A stretch of DNA of 64,000 nucleotides, from positions 57,548,464 to 57,612,463 of the forward strand of contig NC_043011.1 of assembly GCF_006345805.1 (NCBI RefSeq), written 5' to 3'. Of this stretch, positions 39,086 through 52,937 are shown piece by piece. Position 1 is the stretch's first letter. Each line of letters begins with the position of its first letter. The notes beneath the pieces are model-generated. The model did not search any database. It had not been told where the DNA came from and saw only the letters and a program-made list of their open reading frames with translations. Source of the DNA: Octopus sinensis. Its lineage: Eukaryota. Position numbers and translations under genes: made by a program.

Positions 39086-39747
39086 TCCTACATATAGAAC
39101 TGTACATGATCTATGTTCATATAAAACGTTTAGGAACTATATATATACGATGGATTTTCTTTTCTTCTTTTTAATAGTCGAAAAACGAAATGAAGAAAGT
39201 GGGAGATGGAGGGGCGTGAAAGCTCCCGAATCATTTACAATTACAATTACGATTAACTTTATGCAGAGTACAATCGATATTTTCTATTTAATTTACTTTT
39301 AACAATAGCAGGGAGAACGAAGAGGGATAGAGGTTGATAGGAAAGAAAGTGTTTAAGTATTTAAGAGTTCATTCTGGGAGTCTTTTAAGGACCTTATCAG
39401 TTTCTGTATAATCAAATTTGTCGGATAAAACCAGTAAGATTCATGTCAGCCTTGGACGCGCCGATGAGGAAATACGAAACACTAACTCGACAATAACCAG
39501 AGCCGCACAACAAATTCTTCAACATCTTCTTTCTTGATATCAGGAAATTTCACCAAATAGTTTGCCTCCTTCTAATTTAGTCATTCTGTTTTCTTGTATA
39601 TATTTAGGACAAAGAATTATAAGTGGAGTATTAATATTCTTTCTCGTGTGATTTGTTCCGCAACATAATTCTTAATAAATATAAATATTGTGTGAAGCGA
39701 TGTTTTTCTCAAAAGAGAAATGATAATGAGTGTGTGTGTATGTATGT

Positions 39748-39783
<36 letters not shown>

Positions 39784-39929
39784 GCGTTACACACACACAC
39801 ACACACACAGAAACACATATGTAGGAATACATATACTAGAGTTCCTATATATATTTGTGTAAACACACACGTATATGTTTATGTCTAAAAACATACACAT
39901 ATGCATACATATATATATGTGTATACACA

Positions 39930-39999
<70 letters not shown>

Positions 40000-40681
40000 T
40001 TTGTCTATATTTCATATTTGTTATAAATGTGAGTGTATGCATATGTTATATATAACTATCTATCTATCTCTGTCTGTCTGTTTCTCTCTCTCTCTATATA
40101 TATGTATATATGTCTGTATATATATATATGTATATATATATACATATGTCTATATACATATACATACATATATATATATATATACACACATATATGCACA
40201 TATATACATATACGGAAGTATATGTACCTTGGATAAAATGACAATGAAAGAAGACTGGCACACAAGCCCCCTCTAGCACGTTTGGTATAATGCTATAAAT
40301 GAAAGCTAATTGTGGTCAATGAATATCGATATTCGAGAATTTAAAGAAGAATTATGAAGAAATTGGGTCATAAAAACTCTCTTTAGATGTTATTAAGTTT
40401 AATGTCTTTGCAAAACAGCGGGGTTTTATAGATTGTTTGGGGTGCGGGGTAGTTGTAGGAGGCTATGGTGATGTGACAATGTGTAAATATATGCAACAAG
40501 AACTTCCTATCTGTGCACACACCGTGTGCTCACGCGCAACACTGCGTCGAGACATTGGCTTACGTTCTGACGGAGAGAAACACAAACACTTCAACACGCA
40601 GCGACGCTCAAACACAAACATACAGACACCCCCTCCATACATGCGTGCACACTTAAAGAAACACCCACACACAAACGCTTA

Positions 40682-40738
<57 letters not shown>

Positions 40739-40762
40739 CTCTATCTATCATCTATCTATCCT

Positions 40763-40810
<48 letters not shown>

Positions 40811-41129
40811 ATATATTATATATATATACATATATATATGTATATATATATTCATGCGTATCTCTATAAATTATACATATATTTATGCGTGTGTGTGTTT
40901 GTGTGTATACAATATATGTGTGGGTTGTGTATACATTTATATAGATTATAAACACAAGACATAGTATATAAATCATTTCATATGCTGTCTTTCTCTATCT
41001 CTCTCTTTCACTCTCTGTCTGTCTGTCTGTCTCTTTCTCTCTTTCTCTCTCTCTCCCTATATATATATATATATATACAGGTGTGTATACAAATGAACAA
41101 ATGAACATACACTTTATATATATGTGTGT

Positions 41130-41173
<44 letters not shown>

Positions 41174-42214
41174 GTAGATATATAATTAGAGAGAAATTGA
41201 AAGAGATAGAGGATGAGAGAAAGAGAAGCAGAGAGTGAAAAATGTTAAAAAGAGGGGCGGGGGCAAAATTAGAGAATAGAGAATAAAAGAAATAAAAGAT
41301 GAGTAGTTTGATAGATTCGTGGAGATATCGATGAGGATATATTGAAATAGATGTATAGATATACTTAAGTCGGTACATTTATTCATATATTCTCAACAGA
41401 GCTCTTACTTAAAATGTTTGCCACACAAGCATAGAGGATCACGAACACTCATACATAGATATCTGCAATTATATATACCCACATATACATCTATATTTTA
41501 ATACAAAGCACATTTACAGTATACACTGGAATGCCTGCATACACACGTACATATATATCTGTGTGTCGTTGAGTGGATGTGCAAGCGTGCATGTATGTAT
41601 GTATCTATGAGAGAGTGTGTGTGTGTGTGTGTGTGTATGTGTGTGTGTGTGTGCGTCTGTCTGTGTGTCTGTGCGATAAGTATTTCTTTGAGATAATATC
41701 GTTCCAAATTATCGTAATGTTAACCTCCTGTAATTGATATTAAGGTAAAACTGAAACACTTAATGAACTAACAACTATACGATTAGCATAATTGCTATAA
41801 ATTCTCCTACGTTTATTTTTTTTTTATGCTTCTGGTGTCGGTGACGGCGTGTAGTTAAGTGTTATTTATTTTTAATAGCTAGTCTATAGAAATATGTATG
41901 AAAGCGTCGTAGGATGGAGGAAATATTTCTGAAAGTAGAAGAATGTGTCGCAGTTCCAACGCTTGTGTATCAAACGGCAAAATCTCAAAAGTTAACGTTC
42001 CCGTCAACAGAACCATCAATGTTTTAATGGCCTTTTAATCTATGTGGATAGTCAATAAATAAACATGTATGCATGCATGCATGTATGTATAAATGTATGT
42101 ATGTATGTATGTATGTACGTGTGCGTGTACGTACATATATATATGTGTGTGTATATATACGTGTGTGTGTATCTATATATATATATACACACACATAGTA
42201 CACACATACACTCT

Positions 42215-42262
<48 letters not shown>

Positions 42263-42264
42263 GT

Positions 42265-42302
<38 letters not shown>

Positions 42303-42414
42303 GGATAGATATAGATATATTTATAGTAATGATAATAATAAGCCATAGATGGAATGTTGTAGATTGTATGCATATTCAAAACGTTTCCTACACGAACATA
42401 AAAGATATACATAT

Positions 42415-42483
<69 letters not shown>

Positions 42484-42803
42484 AGATTATGAGAGGTAAT
42501 GGTGTCATATAGACCAAAATGTGCCAGGTAATGCTGAATAAGTGCCATAAATAAGTTCCAGGTTCGGTGATTATGCGAATAAGGGGTTCAACGTTGATCA
42601 TGTCAGCGTGAGTATATAAAATTTTTTTTTTTTCGTAATGAGATAAAAAGCCAAGGCTGTGTAGATTTTAGAACATTTACAGATTGAAGGTTTTACAGCT
42701 GTTTCCAGGATATTTATTTTATCCCTTCACCGGAGACGGTGTGAGAGGATGGTTAAGAAATAGTAAATTTAGACAACATATAAAATAGAGAGTGAGGTTG
42801 AGG

Positions 42804-43162
42804 AAATAAAAGAAGATAGATGTGAGATGTGTAGGGATATTGCACTGTAAATCCATTTTTTAAGGCAAAATGGTATACATATAATATTCCAATACCTTAT
42901 GAGTAACATCCAATAGTATTTAAAATTGGTTATTCCAAGTACACAGTTTATACACAGTGTTATTGAATGAATGGTTTTATTTAAATAAAACCCTTGATTC
43001 AATAACACTGTGTATAAACTCCATACTTGGAATGACCAATTTTAAATACTATTGGATTTTACTCATAAGGTATTGGAATCTCATATGTATACCATTCTGC
43101 CTTAAAAAATGGATCGACAAGTGCAATATCCCTACATATCTCACATCTGTTTTCTTTTATTT
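42804..43162. repeat. 359-bp loopless foldback palindrome (possible MITE/foldback element)
   Basis: Arms AAATAAAAGAAGATAGATGTGAGATGTGTAGGGATATTGCAC... and ...GTGCAATATCCCTACATATCTCACATCTGTTTTCTTTTATTT; axis TTTTATTT|AAATAAAA between 42982 and 42983; scattered mismatches. Confidence 0.9.
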
Positions 43163-43190
43163 GGTAGACGGAAACTGAAAGAACCCGTTG

Positions 43191-43254
<64 letters not shown>

Positions 43255-43680
43255 ATATACCGGAGTAAACACATAAATGTGAAACAAGGTGGAAAAAAGA
43301 GTACTCAAATACCAGTGGTAGAGTAATATGCAAAAACTGTCTGATGAACGGCAACGAGAAACTCAGAGTAACAGATTTTGTTGAATTTTCTGCTGCTTAA
43401 AATAAAGTATATATATATATATATATATATGTCTATATATCTCTCTATATATGTCTATACATATATATATATGTGTGTATGTGTATGTCTGTTTGCCCCC
43501 TACCACAATCGCTTGACAACAGCTGTTGGTGTGTTTACGTCCCTGTAATTTGGCAGTTCGGCAAAAGAGACAGATAGAATAGGTACTAGGCTTGCAAAGA
43601 ATAAGTCTGAGGTCAATTTCTTCGACTAAAGGCGCTGCTCTAGCATGGGCGCAGTCACATGACTGAAACAAGTAAAAGAA
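43163..43680 (+). mobile_element. 5'-truncated SINE family B interrupted by a Penelope-like fragment
   Basis: GGTAGACGGAAACTGAAAGAA (43163), then the 3' half at 43480-43680 ending GACTGAAACAAGTAAAAG. Confidence 0.8.
43337..43374 (+). ncRNA. type-I minimal hammerhead ribozyme, intact core; predicted cleavage after 43370 (GUA); lies within a Penelope-like fragment ~43258-43405
   Basis: CUGU-CUGAUGA-A-CG-GCAA-CG-A-GAAA-CUC-A-GAG-UA-ACAG. Perfect 4-bp stem I (CUGU/ACAG), GNRA-capped stem II, palindromic stem III. Confidence 0.8.
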
Positions 43681-44041
43681 TATCTATATATATATCTATA
43701 TATATATATAAGAGAAAGGTGTTGCTGAGTGAATGGTGTTCGTTGGTTGCATTGAGACTGACATTTGCTTAGACTTTCCGCCCTCTGGCTTTTCTCATTT
43801 CGAAACAAAAGTACCAACTCTACACTTCTATGGACTTCTTCAACAGATAATGTTGTTTCAATGAATATCAGACGCTCCTCTATGATAAAAAGGTTCGAAG
43901 TTACATACAGACATACAGACAGACGAACAGATAGGCTGATGCATGCATGCATACACACACGCGTATATGAATTTATATATACTCATAGACACCCAGACAG
44001 ACATTTGAATATATGTACACACACATATATATATATATGTA

Positions 44042-44150
<109 letters not shown>

Positions 44151-44174
44151 CTAAACAAACACACACACACACAC

Positions 44175-44240
<66 letters not shown>

Positions 44241-44752
44241 ATATATATATATGTGTAGGCTTATTTCTGTTCCTGACCGTCTATGTCTGCTATCGCCCTC
44301 CTACATCTCTGTATGCCTGGGCTGGTTGTGGGGCTGGTTGTGGGTGGCAGAAAGAGGGGCGTAAAATTCTGTAGAGATCAATGTAGAAAGGTCAGTTCAG
44401 ATAAAATAATGATAAAATGAAGTGAAATTGAAGATAATAACAATAATAGAAAATCGAAAATGAAATATCCTAAAAAGAAATTATGGAAATTAGCAGAATA
44501 AGAATAAAACAAACTAAAATGTTGAAATGAAATTATAACTAATAATAAAATAAGAGTGCAATAATGGCGAGAAATAGGGAAGAACGTTTTCAAATTAATG
44601 TTTTGTACTTTTTACTCATTTCACTTATTGCACTGCGTCCTGCTGCGACACTACCTTGTGGTGTTTATTCGAAGAAGTTGACTTCAAAACTTGTTTTTCA
44701 GTCTTGTACTAATTCTGTCTATCTCTTTTTCAAGCGGTATGTCAGGGGCATA

Positions 44753-44811
<59 letters not shown>

Positions 44812-44895
44812 TTTTTTTTTAAACCTTCAAAAGAAAAGCTCTACCTTGTAATTTGTTCTATCTGTGTGCAGCCCTGTGTGGCTAATAAAGAAACA

Positions 44896-44967
<72 letters not shown>

Positions 44968-44968
44968 A

Positions 44969-45046
<78 letters not shown>

Positions 45047-45200
45047 ATATATATATATATATATATTTTTTTCCTGAAGATTTCATCTGAATGAAACAGT
45101 TCTAGTCCTGTAGAAGCTCCTTCTATAAAATAAATTACTTTACTCTGCTATGTATTGAGTACCTTATTTACTGTGGTTAACCCCGACCCAACCCGGGACC

Positions 45201-45300
<100 letters not shown>

Positions 45301-45579
45301 CCTGATTATCTTAGAAAAAAATATGATATTATAGAGTGATATATTAAATCTATAGATACTACACATATATATTAATATAGTTAGCTTATTTAATGAGTTT
45401 ATCTACATTTGAACCATTTCTTATTTTGATTACAATATTAATGACTCGTTCTAGCATTGTGTATATTAATTAATTTTAAAGCATTAAATAATTTAAGTAT
45501 TGTTTTTAGTGTTCACTTAATGTATATTTATATATATATATATATATATATTAAAGTGTATAATAAAATAATTGTATAT

Positions 45580-45623
<44 letters not shown>

Positions 45624-46032
45624 AGTTAAATTAGAAGTTACGAAGACCGTCTAAATGTATACTTGTATCCAATGGATTAACTGGTGTGTTACCTAGATGA
45701 GATAATGTCTTTTATATAATCAATTAATGATAATTGATGTTTATCAATTCTCAACTTTATCTCCATCTTCTTATTTTCTTATATATATATAAATGACGAA
45801 TGCTGAGAATAAGTGCTCAACATCACATTGATGGATACAATTTCTTTCTTTGCGTATTAAGGATATCGTTGGTTTCATGTTTAGGGTGATTGGTGACTTG
45901 TGCAATCGCTCATCGCCTCCCGAATTGCAGCAGCTTGTTTTCGGTTTTCAAATAACGCTGCGTTAGCTGTCAAGAGCCGCGACAGGCAGTGCAGGTACGG
46001 ACTAAAATCCACTAATAATAATAATAATAATA

Positions 46033-46064
<32 letters not shown>

Positions 46065-46262
46065 GTAACTGGAACAAATAGTGGCTACAATGAGGGTGGA
46101 GTACTTGCAGAAAACAGCACTGCTTCGAACCGCTCGAATACTCTGGATGGTGCTCGAAAAATAAGTATTCCCTTAGTTCACTGGTGCGGATCAGCTGACA
46201 CCGTAGTACATCTTCAGTGTCAGAAGCTGTGCGAAGGCAATAATAATAATGATAGTAATAGT
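46065..46262 (+). mobile_element. R4/Dong LINE 3' end #1 with (AAT)n tail
   Basis: EQIVATMRVEYLQKTALLRTARILWMVLEK* (stop 46162-46164), short UTR, (AAT)n from ~46239; preceded by an (AAT)n array. Confidence 0.8.
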
Positions 46263-46900
46263 AAAGTGCTAGGGAGTAGGAAATACAAGAATGTATTACA
46301 AGAAATAGACTGGAGAACACGTAAGTTAATTACAATGAACAAGGAACTACACCCCAAGAGTGATGTGTCAAAATTGTACGTAAAGAGGAAAGGAGGAGGA
46401 CGGGGATTGGTGTGTTGTGAGGGTTGTGTAAGGAGAATAGCCTGGGGCTTGAAAGAAGAATTGATTGAAGAAGAGAAAATGCACGGAACCTTAAAAGTGA
46501 ACGAAGCGTAGATCCAACACAATTTAAGAAAGGCCAAAGAGAGAGGGGGCGGAGAGAGAGAGAGAGAGCGAGGGAGAGAGAGAGAGAGAGGGGCGGAGAG
46601 AGATAGCAGATGAAGAAAGATGAGATTGATTGGAAGAGAAACTGGCAATAGCTGCAGAATTACAGGAAATATGGAAAGTGCAGGAAAATGTATCCCAGTA
46701 GTTATAAGGGCCCTGCGATCTATCCCTAAAGATCTGAACAGATGGATCGAGGAAATAAGCAAAAAACCCAGATTAGTACAGTTCCAGAAGACAGGGTTAT
46801 TAGGGACAGCTAGGATACTTAGGAGGGTTCTTGGCATCTAAGGTTACTTTTGGTAACCCGATGTTAGGATTTTTTCTTTTCCAACAGTCTAATAATAATC
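46263..46900 (+). mobile_element. internally deleted R4/Dong LINE #2 (RT thumb + RLE C-terminus)
   Basis: LQEIDWRTRKLITMNKELHPKSDVSKLYVKRKGGGRGL, a (GA)n break, then KCIPVVIRALRSIPKDLNRWIEEI...FQKTGLLGTARILRRVLGI* (stop 46839-46841); AAT tail ~46890. Confidence 0.85.
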
Positions 46901-46914
46901 AATTCTATATAGCC

Positions 46915-47615
46915 ACAGCAGAAGTTGCTGGAAGTGGGATTGGCGCAAGACCAAGCTTTGGTCACTAACTGGAGGGTCAACATCAGGAATGAGCAAGTGT
47001 CTCTGCTGTGCCACATCTGCAATAGAGTGGATGAAACCATTGCTTATGTAATGAATGCCCTAGACTTTCCCAAAACCACTACAAATTGTAGCAACATGTT
47101 TAGGTAATGAAAGTGCTACTTTGGAAACTATGCAAAAAGTGGGGGATTGAGAGAGACAAGATGTGGTATGAGAACAAACCACAGAGAGTGGCGGAGTAGG
47201 AGCCTAGCAAAATCCTCTGGGATTTCCCAATCTAAACATATCAGATGCTAAAGTATAACAGACCGGACCTAGTGGCGTTGGACAAGGTGCACGACATATG
47301 CTATATATTTGATGTTGCATGTCCCTTTGACACACGAAGAGTCGAGAAGGAAGGCGAAAAGATAGATACAACCCTCTTAAGTACGAAATAGCTCGGCTAT
47401 GGATATACTGAAGAAGGTGAAGATAGTGCCTATTATTGTTGGTTCCTTGCGAATAAGTATCACGGCCAGAATAATCAGGAAAGTGTCAGAGAGCTGAAAA
47501 GAAGAAAAAGCTTGGTACCGTAGGCTGCAGGTAGTAAACCCGCTACGCATGCATGACTCCAGGAGTTTCAGCAAAACCTGTGATACAGAGAAACAACAAC
47601 AACAACAACAAAAAG
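46915..47615 (+). mobile_element. R4/Dong LINE #3 (CCHC remnant + RLE domain) with (AAC)n tail
   Basis: AQDQALVTN...LLCHICNRVDETIAY...LWKLCKKWG...WYENKP...KILWDFPI*...NRPDLVALDK...YIFDVACPFD...EKEGEK...LKYEIARLW...KIVPIIVGSL...TARIIRKVSES*; several stops and frameshifts. Confidence 0.9.
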
Positions 47616-47721
47616 ATAAGCATGATGCATCAAGTTTATACGACTAAAGCTGAGAGTTCAGAGGCAATGAAGAAGGGCGCTTGAAATCTGTATATATAGC
47701 TTCAGTTTTGTGGTAAATGAT

Positions 47722-48132
47722 TACTCTTTTACTCTTTTACTTGTTTCAGTCATTTGACTGTGGCCATGCTGGGGCACCGCCTTTGGTCGAGCAAATCGAC
47801 CCCGGGACTTATTATTTGTAGGCCCAGGACTCATTCTATCGGTCTCTTTTGCCGAACCGCTAAGTGACGGGGACGTAAACACACCAGCATCGGTTGTCAA
47901 GCAATGCTAGGGGGACAAACACAGACACACAAACATATACACACATACTTATATATATATATACATATGTACGACAGGCTTCTTTCAGTTTCCGTCTACC
48001 AAATCCACTCACAAGGCGTTGGTCGGCCCGGGGTTATTGCAGCAGACACTTGCCCAAGATGCCACGCAGTGGGACTTAACCCGGAACCATGTGGTTGGTT
48101 AGCAAGCTACTTACCACACAGCCACTCCTGCG
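47722..48132 (-). mobile_element. SINE family B, full length and uninterrupted
   Basis: Head (minus) CGCAGGAGTGGCTGTGTGGTAAG...GGTTAAGTCCC; central CA/TA microsatellite; tail GACTGAAACAAGTAAAAGAGTAAAAGAG. Confidence 0.9.
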
Positions 48133-48438
48133 ATTGTATAAGATTGTGGATATTCTTAAATAAAAGATAAATAAATAATCCTAAAGAATTAAATCGTTAT
48201 TTAGGAAACAAAATATTAAGGATAAAGAACAATGATCAGATCAACACACAACCTTTCGCAACCACACACACAAAATACACACACACACACACACACACAT
48301 TTATATACGTATATTGTATATATATTAACATACATACACATGTATATTAGAAAGTATATATGCATGTATATGTATGTATGTATGTATGTATGTGTGTGTG
48401 TATGTATGTATGTGTGTATGTATGTATGTATGTATGTA

Positions 48439-48471
<33 letters not shown>

Positions 48472-49954
48472 ATGTATGTGTGTGTATGTATGTATGTATG
48501 TATGTATGTATGAATGTATGTATGTGTGTGTGTGTGTGTATGATGTATGTATGTATGTATGTATGTGTATATGTATGTATGAATTTTATTTTGCATTCGG
48601 TTTATTATAAACGGAACGAAAACGTTGGATGGTGGTGTGGGCAAAAGTAACAGAGTGAATATCGTAGATACAAAACATTATAAACACAAGTAAGATTTAT
48701 CGAAATAACCAAATCTATTTAATGATGGTATATATATTAAGTAGTTAGTTCTAATTTCTCTAATATTCTTATCCTTAAAAAAAATAGAACGAAATAGTTC
48801 TACGAATTTAAAATATTACAAAATCTTATGGCTTAGAACCCAAAATACTTTTAGGTTCACAATAACCATTTATTATTTAAAAATAAGAATTGAGAAAAGG
48901 AATAAAACGATTATAAAATATCTATGACGACATTTATTTAATTCCCATTTCTTTTGGATTAATCATTCTCGAAAAGTCATTATTTTTGTCTGGAATCTTT
49001 CTTCCATTTCCTTCGAATTATTTTGTTTTGCGTAGATTCGTTATTTTCTTGTTCAAGAACATATTAAATGTCTCTGTTTTTTTCTTTCTCTTTTTAACTC
49101 TTTCCTCGGCAAATATTTAGAATATTGGGAAAATGAAGCTATACTGCAGTTGAGAAGGAATCATTGAATATTTTGATTTTCTTTTTGTTTATTAAGCGAA
49201 TATCAGTGTAGCGAAGGGTTAGACGGTTTAGAAAGATTCCACAAAGTTAAGTAAAAATAGATTTTTTCCTTAGAATAATTTTGTGGTAGGAAAAAATGTT
49301 GAATATAATTGCATTCCAATATATTGGCATCAATATAGTTTTGCTCAAAATTATGAGCGTTTTCGAATGATACGCCTGCGTATACCTTGGCTATCTTCAC
49401 CCATGTATTTGTATAATTTGTGTCATTAGAAATGTTAGAGAAATCAAAAGATAAATGTTAGTAAATAAAGGTATAATTGGATTTATATCTTCTTTTAACA
49501 AAGAACTTTAATCAATAAATACATTGAGAAAATAAAACAAGATTATTTGAGTCTAAAATTCGTCATTACGAGATATATGACATCATTGATAAACATACGA
49601 TTTACTGTAGTTTTTGTGTAATTTTTATTTGACCTCAGTGTCTGAGACATTGAGTACATCCGGTAGTCGCCATATTTTCTAATGAGTACATTTCTCCTTT
49701 TTTTGTATACACCCCATATAATGTACGAAACTGACAAATATTACTACATACATACATACATACACACATGGTGGCTGTCCTCTCGTTATCGAGTATGGCC
49801 ATTGAACGAAGCTTAATCAATGTTGTTATCGTGCAATGCCTGTGCAAGAAGATTTTTTTTAAAGTGAGGAAAGGCTATGCACTGAGTCAATCCCACTCAC
49901 TAAGCAACAGTAGCCATAATCCGAAAAGAAGAACAAGTCAACATCATCAGTAAC

Positions 49955-50300
49955 CACTGAGCCGCAGGTTTTATGTCGGAGTTATCCCAGTTACCTGAGT
50001 TACCTTCTCCTAGAAGGATGCCCTAACAAACGCTAGGAGTCCTTTACTCCCAATGGTTTAACCGCGCGATCGGGTATTCAGTCCGATTATTTCTATGTCT
50101 CCGCACATGATACAGCCTTAAGACATTTATTGGATGGCCGTTGACTCTCAAGAGTTCCTCCGCCCTTTGCCGGGTTTTGTTTTTCATCCCGCAGGGTGTC
50201 CAATAAACACCCTCCTCGCCAAGCAAGCTTGGTGGGGTTGTCGGTTTAGTCGCCGACGACCCGACCATGCAACAGGTTGTACTGGGTTACATGTTACCAG
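49955..50300 (-). mobile_element. probable RTE-clade LINE 5' UTR fragment
   Basis: Minus strand TTAGGGCATCCTTCTAGGAGAAGGTAACTC...ACATAAAACCTGCGGCT resembles RTE 5'-UTR motifs (from memory). Confidence 0.45.
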
Positions 50301-51269
50301 TAGCACTCGAAAGTGACCTGACATAACATACATACATACATACATACATATTATTATTATTGCTAATACCAGGAACCGTTATTGTTTACCAAAGATCTAA
50401 CGAAAATCTACTGAAGAAAAAAAGTGTTTAAATATCAGTTGATTAACAGTAGAATTGTAACAAAGCCGTCCCCCGCCACTCATAATTGCTGGAATCTTTA
50501 GCTATGATTAATGTAGAGCAAATAACATCGAGCTGATATATTATGTATGTCATGAATAAATCAGTAATATTCCAAGTGAGCCAACATCTTGCTCTACTTT
50601 TCTTCTTATCATTAAAACCTTTAACAAAACCTGATTCGGATACAACTGCTATGATGCGGTTGATGTCTTTAATTATTACAGTTATGAAGATAAACAGCAG
50701 GCGCCTCTACTACAAAGAGCAGCCTTTGTAGTTTGAGAAAATGAGATGAAATTCTATATAGAATAATGTGTGAAAACGATGTTGAAAAAAGAGAATTAAT
50801 AAAAAAGATGACACTTAAGTCATATTAGATAAACTAAGGGCGATAGGAGCATAATATCAAAGCGAGTGAAAAACATTTGGGAATTAAGGAATTAGAAAGA
50901 GAAAATGCCAAAAACAGGGAAAGAAAAGCTTGAGGAAATATATTAAAGAGGCAACAGTATAATCGTTAAAACGTTACTAAATGTAAACAGGACAATGTTC
51001 AGTATAACTGTTATCCACCTGATACATTATAATTGTATTGTTTTGAAGTAGAAATGAAAAGTATTTACAAATCTCACGAGTAAAACAGACGAACTTTCTC
51101 TGTTTCAGAAAGATGTTATATTTCACACGAATGCGTGGGCGTAGGATGCTTCTGCAGGTAGTAAAGTATTTTTTGAAATATCTTCTTTGGGATTAAACAG
51201 ATGTTAATGAATACGAAAGGGAAAGTAAGACGATGAGCGATAAGATATGAATATAAAAGTAATAACCGT

Positions 51270-51520
51270 ACAATGAGTGAAGATTTAGAAGATCCCTGAT
51301 AGCATCGCATACATCGCCTTGTACTATTTGTTGCATTTGTCTGTAGAATGAGATAAAACCTTGGCGAGATCGTGTTTTCTCGTCATTCATTAAGGGGGTT
51401 AATAAACAACTCTTTGCAATTCTCGCCCTCGGGCAGCAATATTGAGGGGAGAGGTTTACTCGTTTACATCGACTCCACCGCTCAACTTGTATTTCCTTTT
51501 ATCGACCCCGAAAGGATGAA
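51270..51520. repeat. dispersed ~250-bp paralog of 57530-57790, including an adjacent SINE-like tail
   Basis: Shared GATAAAACCTTGGCGAG(A/G)TCGTGTTTTCTCGTCATTCATTAAGGGG...CTCGCCCTCGGGCAGCAAT. Confidence 0.8.
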
Positions 51521-51985
51521 AGACAAAAGTCGAGCCCAGGCAAGCATGTACTTTCGGGGTCGGTTCTACTGTTCTGTACCGTGGGCAAGTGTCTTCCACT
51601 ACAGCTCTGGGTCAACCAATTCCTTGTGAGTGAATTTAGGAGGCAGAAACTGTGTGGAAGACCGTCGTATATATTTATGTATATGTGTGTACATCTTTAT
51701 GTTTGAAAACACTTTCTCAAGGCGCCGCAAAGCAGGGCTAAACGCGAAATCTGGTGGTTGCAGATCGCGCTTCTAAACCACAGGGCCATGCAGAGCAAAA
51801 TAAAACTAAGAACACGCATTTTCCATTTGCATCGAAATCATAACCGTTTTTGCCCCTCATCAAACATAAACAGCAACAGGATCATATAAAGCTCAACCTT
51901 TCAAGGAATCGCTATTTCCACGATTATTCAAAAGTGTCCTTATGCAGAACAACCATCTTGAATCTAATGGGTAAAATTCCAAACC

Positions 51986-52144
51986 TTAGACAGCTAGTGT
52001 AGAATACACGTTATTGTTTTGAGATAACCTAAGACTTGGTATCAGTGCGAATCTGGATTTCTGATTGCTGATTGCTGCCTCATCGTCCGTCCACCGGAGA
52101 GCAGAATTAAGGTGAACCCGGAGTTGCTCAACATCGTCAAAAGC
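51986..52144 (-). other. candidate exon of an unidentified minus-strand transcript
   Basis: Strong acceptor (...GGGTTTTTTTTTAG|GCT). Phase-0 frame AFDDVEQLRVHLNSALRWTDDEAAISNQKSRFALIPSLRLSQNNNVYSTLAV*. No recognised homolog and no clear donor. Confidence 0.25.
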
Positions 52145-52599
52145 CTAAAAAAAACCCAAAAAAACATTGATTGCACAAACAACAACAACCATCGAACTAG
52201 ATACCATAGTAGAACAACAGCAAAATCCTGCATGCATTCGCCAAGGCCAATATAACAATACAAGCGAGAATACCACTCACTGAAATTCTTGCAAGAACGG
52301 CGACAATAACAACAACAAGAACAAGAACAACAACAACAACAACTCCAAGCCGTAATTCAATGATAATAGAAACAATGCATAAAGAACTCAACAACAACAA
52401 CAACAACAAATAATATACTAAACAAGTAAGGAAATGAAATAGGAGAAGAGTTAGAAAAATATATCGGTTATGGAAGCAACAATGTAGAAATATGCAAAAA
52501 TATGTGTTCTTCTGGTGTTTGTTAATATTCCATTGGTAGGAGACAGATGAATAACATTAGCCGTTTACTTAATACAAACCTGCAAGGGATTGCAGTGTT

Positions 52600-52688
52600 T
52601 GTGTTTGTTTTATACATACATACATACATACATACATACATACATACATACATACATACATACATACATACATACATACATACATACA

Positions 52689-52720
<32 letters not shown>

Positions 52721-52846
52721 CGAGTTTTACACATACACATATTAATACTCGTGCTTATGAATATATACATAAACATACGCAAACATACATCTATGTATAT
52801 ATGTATGTATATATATATATACATATATATATATGTATATATATAT

Positions 52847-52937
<91 letters not shown>

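Noticed and set aside
45074-45105. CTGAAGA...GAAA hammerhead-like match
   Set aside because: Stem II loop is too short, there is no palindromic stem III, and stem I does not pair.
49921-49950. Minus-strand CTGATGA
   Set aside because: No GAAA or stem II at a usable distance.
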